Of a stretch of 64,000 nt of DNA, positions 55,461-64,000 are shown in pieces. Location: contig OZ024741.1 of assembly GCA_964016885.1 (NCBI GenBank), positions 144,336,001-144,400,000 on the forward strand, read 5' to 3'. This DNA comes from Eledone cirrhosa (Eukaryota). A program made the translations under genes and the position numbers. Below the pieces are notes generated by a model. It searched no databases and had not been told where the DNA came from. It was given only the letters and a program-made list of their open reading frames with translations. Numbering within the stretch: the stretch's first letter is position 1; each line of letters begins with the position of its first letter.

Positions 55461-58400
55461 GCTCGTTCTAGAAGTGGTAACACGAAATGATTACCCCTTG
55501 GCGGACAAGGATAAAACGCGAAAAAATAAAGTAAATGTCTAATGATAAAATCTCATACCGGATCGGCCGTCACCCGGGTAAAAAAGGGCCGCGTCCCTCA
55601 GAGAGGAACCAGACTGGGGTCGAAAAATCAGCTAATGGTTCAAACCTTCCCATCACTTCGGAGCTGGAGACCTCCCATAACCGGAATACTCCTACTGTTG
55701 GCCCTCCATGCTCACCACCAAGAAATCCAAAGAAAAAGAGAGAAAAATGGTCAAGGGAAGATAATAAAGAAGTCCTTGAGGCTTTCTACACTGCCATGTA
55801 CTACCCATCAAATACATCGAATACAGAACAGACCTATATCAACTGGAAAAAGAAACATCCCGAAAACAGAGGCTATATTGACAGTAACAAACTAGCCAAT
55901 ATACGAAGAAATATTGTAAGAAAAAGTTACTAACTGATATAGAAATTGATCAGATCAAGCTATTAGCACAAAGTCAGCGAAGGGAAAATGAAACATGTGT
56001 CAGTGAAAACGAGGTAAACTGTAACACTTCGAATCCCAGGGTTGGGGCGGAATCACTGGCAACAGAACAAATTAAAGAAAGGATCGAAAAAGTGGAGAGA
56101 GTGCATGCTCAGGATGAAACTCCAAATGAAAATAATGAGATCGTAAATGATAAAGAAATGAATGAGAATGAACTTGCCAACTTGAAGGATGAAATTATGA
56201 TCGAATGGATGAAAATGAAAGAATCTGACATGGGGCAACGAGACACCCTCCCTAAGATCCAAAACTCCAAACAGAACCAAAAGATAATACACAAGACTAA
56301 CATAATTCTCAAAAACATTATCATCACAAACAAACTAAACATTACTGATTTAAATCATCTCTATTATGCATCGGCTAAAGTCACCACTCACTTATGTGGA
56401 GTGAAGATGAAAAAACAAAGGAATTCCCACAAGAAATCTACTTGGCAAGAGAACATCAATCGCCAAATAAACCTTCTCCGATCTGACAGAAATTTTAACA
56501 AACTATAAAGTAGGTGAACATGTTAAACAAACTAAACTTAGAAAATTGAAAAAAAAGTAAAGTATAAAATCAACATGTGACATAGACATGCTGATAGAAA
56601 TAATCAAGCAAAAAGTGTCGGCCAAAGCTGCTCGTATAAGGCGCTTTGAAAAACGATCTAGATTCTATAAGGACAATAATATGTTCAAAAACAACCAAAG
56701 AAACTTCTACAGAAAAATTGGTAAGTCAACAATAACTGCTAAATCAATACCACCCAAGGAGGAAGTGCAAGAATTCTGGGAAAAGATCTGGGCCGAAGAA
56801 AAAGTTCATAACATACATGCCTCATGGATAGACAGACAAATGAAAGATACAGCTCACCTTGAGGAACAAACATGGGAAAATATAACAGTTGAACAGTTGC
56901 GCTTGGCTCTAAGAAAAACCAGCAAATGGAAATCCCCAGGAAAAGACAAAATACAAAACTTTTGGATAAATGCCTTCACAGAGTCTCATGAGCTGTTAGC
57001 CCAACTTTACAATGAAATAGTTAAGGAGCCAGAAAAGATACCTTCATGGCTAGTTGACAGCATTACATTCCTGCTTCCGAAGAATGATGAGACAAACAAT
57101 CCCCAAAATTACAGACCGATAACTTGCTTGACCACAATGTATAAAATTTTAACATCAGTCCTAACTGAATACACATATGACCACCTGATAACAAATGACC
57201 TATTTCCCATTGAGCAGAAAGGGTGTAAACGAGGCTCATATGGCTGTAAGGATCAGCTTCTGGTTAACAAAATGATACTGGAAGATTGTCATAATAGACA
57301 CAAAAATCTATCGATTGCTTGGATAGATTATAAAAAAGCATTTGATAGTTTACCACACAGTTGGATTGAAAAATGTTTAGAGATTTTCAAAGTATCCCCC
57401 GTTGTCGGGAGGTTTTTGTCATTCAGTATGAAGACATGGAAAACGACACTCCTTTTGAATAGTGAAACAAAATCACTGGAAGCTGGAGAAGTTAATATTA
57501 ATTGTGGAATTTTTCAGGGTGACTCTTTATCACCGCTTTTATTCTGCATCGAACTTATACCATTAAGTAAAATGCTCAATGAAACAAAACATGGATATAA
57601 AGTCTATGACAAAACCATTAATCCCCTGTTCTACATGGATGACCTGAAACTATTTGCAAAAAATGATGAACAATTGCAAGGGCTATTATCCACTATGAAG
57701 CAGTTCAGTGATGACATTAAAATGGAGTTTGGACTAGATAAATGCGCCAAAGCAACGTTCACCAGAGGAAAGCTGCTGAAGAGTTCAGACATTAATCTTG
57801 ATCGGGGGAACGTGATAAGAGAACTTGATCAAGAAAAAACTTACAAATATCTAGGTGTTTGTGAAGGAGACGGAATCAAGCACTCGACAATGAGGGAAAG
57901 GATAAGGAAGGAATGTTACCGCAGAGTAAGAGCAACCTTAAGAACGGAATTGAATGCAAGGAATAGGATCGATGCCATAAACACGCTTGCCATACCAGTA
58001 GTAACCTACAGTTACAATGTCATCAACTGGTCAAGCACAGAGATCCGTAGGCTCGATACAAAAATTCGAAAATTCTTAACCATGCACAGAATGCATCACC
58101 CTAAGGCAGATATAGATAGAATATATCTCCCTAGGAAAGAAGGATTAATCCAGTTAGACATTGCGTTGAAAACTGCAACAATTGGATTATCTACATATCT
58201 AAGGGAATCACATGATTGGATGATCAAACTCGTTTTGAAACACGGAAGCATAAAAAGATCATATTCCATTACAAAAGATGCACAAAGATACAGTAATGGA
58301 CTACAAATTTCAGAAGTCCCATTTACTGCTGAAATGGAAAACACAGAAAAAGCAAAGCAGGTAAAAGTAACTGCAAAGAAAGAACTGCTACAGAAACTGG

Positions 58401-59316
58401 CTAAGAAATGGCAAGAAAAGCCTCTGTATGGAAAATACCCAGAGCGAGCTAACAATCCTGATGTTGACAAAACTTTAACCCATCAGTGGTTGGCATCCTC
58501 TGGACTGAAATCGGAGACTGAAGGACTGATTATATCGGCACAAGATCAGTGTCTGCCAACAAAAAATTACCAAGCCAACATAATAAAAAATGGATGCAGC
58601 CCATTATGCCGTGTATGCAAAAAACAACCAGAGACCATTGACCATATAATTTCAATGTGCAGTCCTATAGCTCCAACCGAATACCTAAACAGGCATGACA
58701 GAGCTGCACAATACATACATTGGATAATGTGTAAGCATTTTGACCTGCCCCATCAAAAGAATTGGTGGAGCATCAACCACCTCCCATACTTGAAAAAGAT
58801 CACATCTCAATCTTGTGGAACTTTAGCATCCAAACAGACCGAAAAATAGATGCAAACAGACCTGATATAATATTGAAAGACTTTCAAAAGAGGGTATGCC
58901 TGCTAATTGATATGTCTGTTCCAATAGACAAGAATGTATCTATAAAAACATTTGAAACATTGAGCAAGTATAAGGACCTGGAGATAGAAATTGGAAAAAT
59001 GTGGAAATTGAGAACTAAAACAATACCAGTGGTTGTAGGCGCTCTGGGAATGATACCTAAGGGGTCTAATGATTACATATCGCAAATCCCAGGAAACCCG
59101 CGTATAGGAGAAATACAAAAGATAGTACTAATGGGAACTGCACATATACTAAGGAAGATTCTGTCAATATAAGTACATCACAAGTCTAAACACTAAAGAT
59201 GCATGTGTGAATATGTATGTTCTTTCTTGAACATGGCGGACCTTGTTGTCTCTTGAGGTCACTGGTTGTGACTTGGTGATAACTCGTATGAACATAAAGC
59301 AAGATAAATGCAACAG
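55461..59316 (+). mobile_element. Apparently full-length R4/Dong-like RLE LINE (family D), disrupted single ORF, between (TAA)n tracts
   Basis: ORF pieces 55535-55933, 56092-56508, 56588-58849 (NYRPI, DYKKAFD, FQGDSLSP, YMDD, CRVC..ETIDH..C, RHD) and 58762-59172 (NRPD..D..K). Confidence 0.93.
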
Positions 59317-59340
59317 TAATAATAATAATAATAATAATGA

Positions 59341-62300
59341 TTTCTTTATTAACCACAAGGGTTTACATAAAGTAGACATTAAGGACAGTGCAGGACAATA
59401 CAGTACGGTACAAATGGGCATTTCTGCGTGTAAAAAACAAAAACAGAGGATGTAACAAAAAAATAACAATGAAAAATTCCCCAATAGAGGGGGAAGATTT
59501 CGGAGGGGACATTTGTGGAGAAAGCCCAGTAAAAGGCCACAGTGACCCTGACCATCAAGGCAAGTGCCCTCTCCTAGTTTTCCACCTTTAATTTACAGAC
59601 ACATACTCATAGTAGGCCTATTCACTCGGGCCATTCTTGCTTCTCTCACCCATCTTTCAACAAAATGCTGGGAAGAGAGCACTTCCCTCTCTACTCTGAT
59701 TTTCCTTTTCAAATGAAATTTGAAAAAGTCAATCAGGGCATCACCGAAGAGATAAGTGCTCGTCTTCAGCCCTTTCAAGCGTGTCCACCATACTATCTCT
59801 TTCGCCATGGCCACCATACAGATAAAAACTGCCTGCCCTTCCCGGCTAAAGGAGGAGGGCGGGGCAATCTTCACAATGGACCCAGATGATAGCTGGATCC
59901 GTCCTACACGCGACAGCAGGTGTTCGACATAAACCCATAAGTCAGCAATTTTCGGACACTGGACGAGTGCGTGCAGGACGGTTTCGTCGCCCTTCGCGCA
60001 TCTCGGACATGCCCGGCTGACGGCACCTCCATGCCTGTAGAGTTTATCCCTAACTGGCAAGGCTCCTCGGTAGCACTGCCAGGCCAGAGATTTCTGGAAG
60101 TTGTCCATAGGCCCTGGCCCGAAAGTTCTTCCGAAGAGATTGGCTAGTTGATTTTCGTCGACGCCTAGAGTTTCCCCAAGTACGTCGTCGATCTTCCCCT
60201 CCACTAATCCTTTATAGAACGCCGAGGTGGAGTTTACACCGATCACATTGCCCGATTGGTCGAGGGCTGTGAGCGCCTGAAGACATTCCAGTCTCCAGGC
60301 GCTCCCTCTCGGTATTCGCTTGACCCAGGACTGCAGCTCCGTCAAGGAAACGAGCTGGGGAAATACGTGTCTCGCAAACGGCGACCACACCTGATCACCG
60401 TCGAGGAAGAGGTGGAGATGTCGTAGCCTGAGCGCGGGCCTGCGCATCATCAGCCACGGCATGCCCAGCCCTCCACGTAGCGGGTGTTGACAACAGATGG
60501 ACCGCCTGACCATCGCAGCGCGTCCCTTCCACATAAAGCGAAAGAGCAAACGCTCCAGCGCAGTCAGGCGAGGCTTAGGACAAGGTACGACGGTCAGGCG
60601 GTAGCAGATGACAGACGCGATGTACGCGATAGCCACCTCCGCTCGACCTTTCAGGGATAGCTTCCTCTCGGCCCATTTCTGGGTGAGAGAAGCCACCCTG
60701 CTCGTCACCTCGTCCCAGTTTTTGTCCGTCTGGAGGTCCGGACCAAACCAGACCCCGAGCTGCAGGCCCACTGACTTTTCCTGGTTGATCTTTGCTCCTG
60801 TCACCGCTTCGTATTCTCTTAGTGTAGTGCCGATCGCCTCGATATGTTTGGCGTTCGACACCACTACGGTGACATCGTCCGCATATGCTGACACGGATCT
60901 TCAGCATCCTAGTTCGCGCGGGACCCCCCTCAACGTCTCCAGTTTGTGCAGTAATGGCTCGAGAGTCAATACGTACAAGAGGGACGAGAGGGGACATCCT
61001 TGGCGGACCGAGCGCATGATGTTGAACGGTTCCGAAAGGTGACCGTTCACTCTCACCACAGAGCAGATGTCGCTGTGCATGGCAGCGATCCAGCCTCTGA
61101 TGACGGGCTTAAAGCCAGCCGCCCTCAGGACTGCCGCTAGGTAACGATGGTCGACCCTATCGAAAGCTTTCGACTGATCTAAATTGATCAAGGACCCACC
61201 CGTGCCAGGTTCCCTAGCTAACTCGCATGAGGTGGAGTTTGTCGTGGATGGATCTGTCGGGAATGGCGCATGTCTGCGCCTCTCCCACCAGACCACCAAC
61301 GACAAGCGCCAACCTCTTTGCTAGCACCTTCGCCAAAATCTTGAACTCTGTGTTTAGCAGAGTTATGGGCCTAAAATTATCTATGTTATCCCCCATGTTC
61401 GGATCCTTTCTCAGCAGCGCCACAGCTCCTCGGCTCACAGAGCTGGGAATTCACCCGTTCTGTTGCCAGTTGCAGTAGACGTCCGCCAAGAGGCCTCCAA
61501 ACAAGCCTGGCATCTGTACGTAAAGTTCATAGGGCAGACCATCCAAACCAGGCGATTTACCCCTTGTGCAGCTAGTCATTGCCTCCCGTACTTCAGCGGC
61601 TGTTATCGGCTTTTCGCAACACTCCGCCTCAGTGGCCGAGAGCCGCGGCAGTCCGTCGAGGTAGACACTAAAGTCCATCCCTCGATCCGGCCTACCGCTG
61701 CCCGCGAACAACTGAGCGAGATGTCGCTGGAAAGCTTCACACATTTGCCCGGGATCGAATAGCATGCGCCCGTCGTGGTTCACCAAAGACTGGATCGTGG
61801 CTTTATTGCCACGACGCGCCTCCGCCACTCGAGCCCATTGAACGGCTTTCGTCCCCTCGTGTCTGAGAGCACGCACCCTCACTCTGACAACGCAACCTTG
61901 GTGCTTTGCATTGAAGAATTGGTCAAGGGCCAATATCGCCGCAAGTACGTCGGTCGCGATGCCTTTGCTAAGCGCCTCATCTTATTTTCTAACTAGTTCT
62001 CCCTCTGCTCTATTTTTCTCTATTGCTAAAATCTTACTAAACCTAATGGACTCTATTCCAATTGCTCTTTTCAGAGCAAACCACCACTTGTTGTTGACGA
62101 TGGCCCCCGTCAACGCCCGCTTAACTAGTTCGCTAATCCGGTCTCTGTAGGCCTTGCGCGCTGGAAAGGACGCGTTTAGCTTCCAGTAGCCGGGTCCTCC
62201 TCTATGAAGCCTATCTAATTCAAGCACACAGATCACGTATTTGTGGTCCGTGTAGCTGACTATCTTGAATTGTGGACAGCCTATGCTAGACCTATCTATT

Positions 62301-64000
62301 TCTCTGCAAAATACTCTATCTAGATATGATATGGATGACCCTATGCGATTTGTCCAAGTCCACATTGGCACATTCGGGAAATCCAATCGGTACCTGTCAG
62401 ACAGTTCAAAACGCCTGAGCAGGTTGGTGAGGCTCTTGCACCCTCCTCCCCTATCCGCTAATCCCACACAGTCCAAGCGTACATCTAAGATCCCGTTCCA
62501 GTCGCCCACTAACACTAAAGAGCGGGATGTTCCAAGAAAGGTCTCCAGACGCCGGAAGAAATCAGGTCGCCCTGTTCCTGTCGGGGCATAGACGGCCACT
62601 AGCCTGAAAGCTTGCCCGTCTCCGCTGGTCACGTCTAGCACCACCAACTTACCTTCTGGGTCCAGGAAGATGGCCCGTATGGCGAAATCCAAACCTCTCC
62701 GAAAAAGCACAGCAACTCCCCCCCCCCCCCGATCCCGGACGGCTGTGAGATGCGTACACATCGTAGCCGCCGAAGATCGGTGCGAAGGCCCGTGCTTCGG
62801 AGATTCTGGTCTCGCTGATGGCCACTACATCTATGTTTAGTGACCTGAGGTCGTTGAGCAGGTGGCCCTGCTTCCATGACGACCCCAAGCCACGCGCATT
62901 TATGCTGCCTATTCTGAGTGAGGTCATGTTGAAATGGAGTGGAATAGATGGGAAAGACCACTTACCTTACTTCTCGTAGAGGAAGGATGGTTTGTCCATC
63001 CTTTTCACTGCTTGTGGCCTCCTCCGGAAGGATGTCCTCATAAATCCTCCTGGAGAGTGTTTGTCGGAAGTCTCCGATGTCTTTGGGGAATTTTTGTTTT
63101 AGTGTCATGTACGTTTTCTGTGTGATGCGAGTGATTTGTATGTGTGGAGGTGGTGTGAATTTTGGGGTTGTTGTGTAGTCTTTTTCTGTGATGCTGGTGT
63201 TGTGTTGGATGTAGTGTAATAATTGCTTGTTGTTCAAATGTAATGCTGTGTAGTGTGTATCGTTTTGGTTGTTTTGTTTTGTTTGCGTTTGTTGTGGGTT
63301 TGTTTCTGTTACGCTTTTTGATGACTTTTGTGGTGTTGGTTATGGTGGTGTTGGGGTTAATGATGGTGATGGTGTTGGTGTTTGTGGTGATTGGGTTGGT
63401 GATGCTGGTGTGGATGGTGGCATATCTGTCCTAACGTTTTTGTTTGATAATTTATTTGTTTCCCTCTGTATTTTGTTTAGGAGGGGGAAGGAAGAGAGTT
63501 TTTTCTGTTTTGGTTTCTTTTTTTTTTTTTCCTGATACCGTTTCCCACTCCTCGTCGTCACAATCTGTCTCCAGTTGCGATAAGCCGGGGAGTGGAAAAT
63601 CCTCCACAGGCGTTGGTTTTGGTTGTGGCGTGGTGGATGGTGTAGGCGCTGGTGCTACTTCTGGCGCGTTGGGTTGTGGTGGTGTTGGTTTTGCTACTGT
63701 TGCTGGGGTTGTTGCTGTTACAGTTGCTTCTGTTGTTGCTGCTACAATTGTTGCTGCCATTTCTGCTGCTGGTGGTGTTGATGGTTGAGTCACTGGGGTG
63801 GGTAAGAGAGGTGGCCTCAACCTTTTAGCCTGAGGGCAGAAATCCCTTAGGTGGGTTCCTTCACCACAAACGACACACCTAGGCCTTCTGCCCTCGACGA
63901 TTACGGTGAGGTGGCTGCCGTCAGTGTGAGGTATATTACCTCTGGGATCTCCTCAATGCTTTTATGGTCCGCTTGGATCAGGAGCTCCATCCCAGATCCG
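59341..64000 (-). mobile_element. Tx1 family B copy 3, frameshifted, runs off the window end
   Basis: EN, RT (KAFDRV, RQGCPLS, YADD) and CPRC..H..C pieces; ORF1 knuckle CVVCGEGTHLRDFC near 63840-63880; 3' end AATAAAGAAA then TC(ATT)n. Confidence 0.93.

Noticed and set aside
55461-55535. HDV-like ribozyme in the R4/Dong 5'UTR
   Set aside because: Two small hairpins are present but I could not build the nested double pseudoknot.

Overview
AT-rich, gene-poor animal DNA made almost entirely of repeats. The SINE types and microsatellite load suggest an octopus or other cephalopod (inference). No host protein-coding gene is supportable. Main contents: (1) a 4-unit ~3.9 kb tandem array (21.5-39.8 kb) of a Tx1/L1-clade LINE flanked by (TCTA)n, in which three units stop just after the endonuclease domain and the last is full length with an open 1145-aa ORF2; (2) a nest of microsatellite-associated LINEs at 49-64 kb (a second Tx1 family and two R4/Dong-like RLE families at (TAA)n/(ATT)n); (3) a 1263-bp Tc1-type element with DD36E spacing, MITEs, CR1 and RTE fragments, and many tRNA-derived SINEs; (4) Penelope-like (PLE) GIY-YIG fragments. 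The signal the ORF track misses is a dense set of type I hammerhead ribozyme motifs: six with intact catalytic cores, two of them with very large stem II inserts, plus about ten decayed or half motifs. Most sit in asymmetric head-to-head fold-back elements of unrelated sequence embedded in (TA)n tracts. All structures were folded by eye and boundaries are approximate to a few bases.
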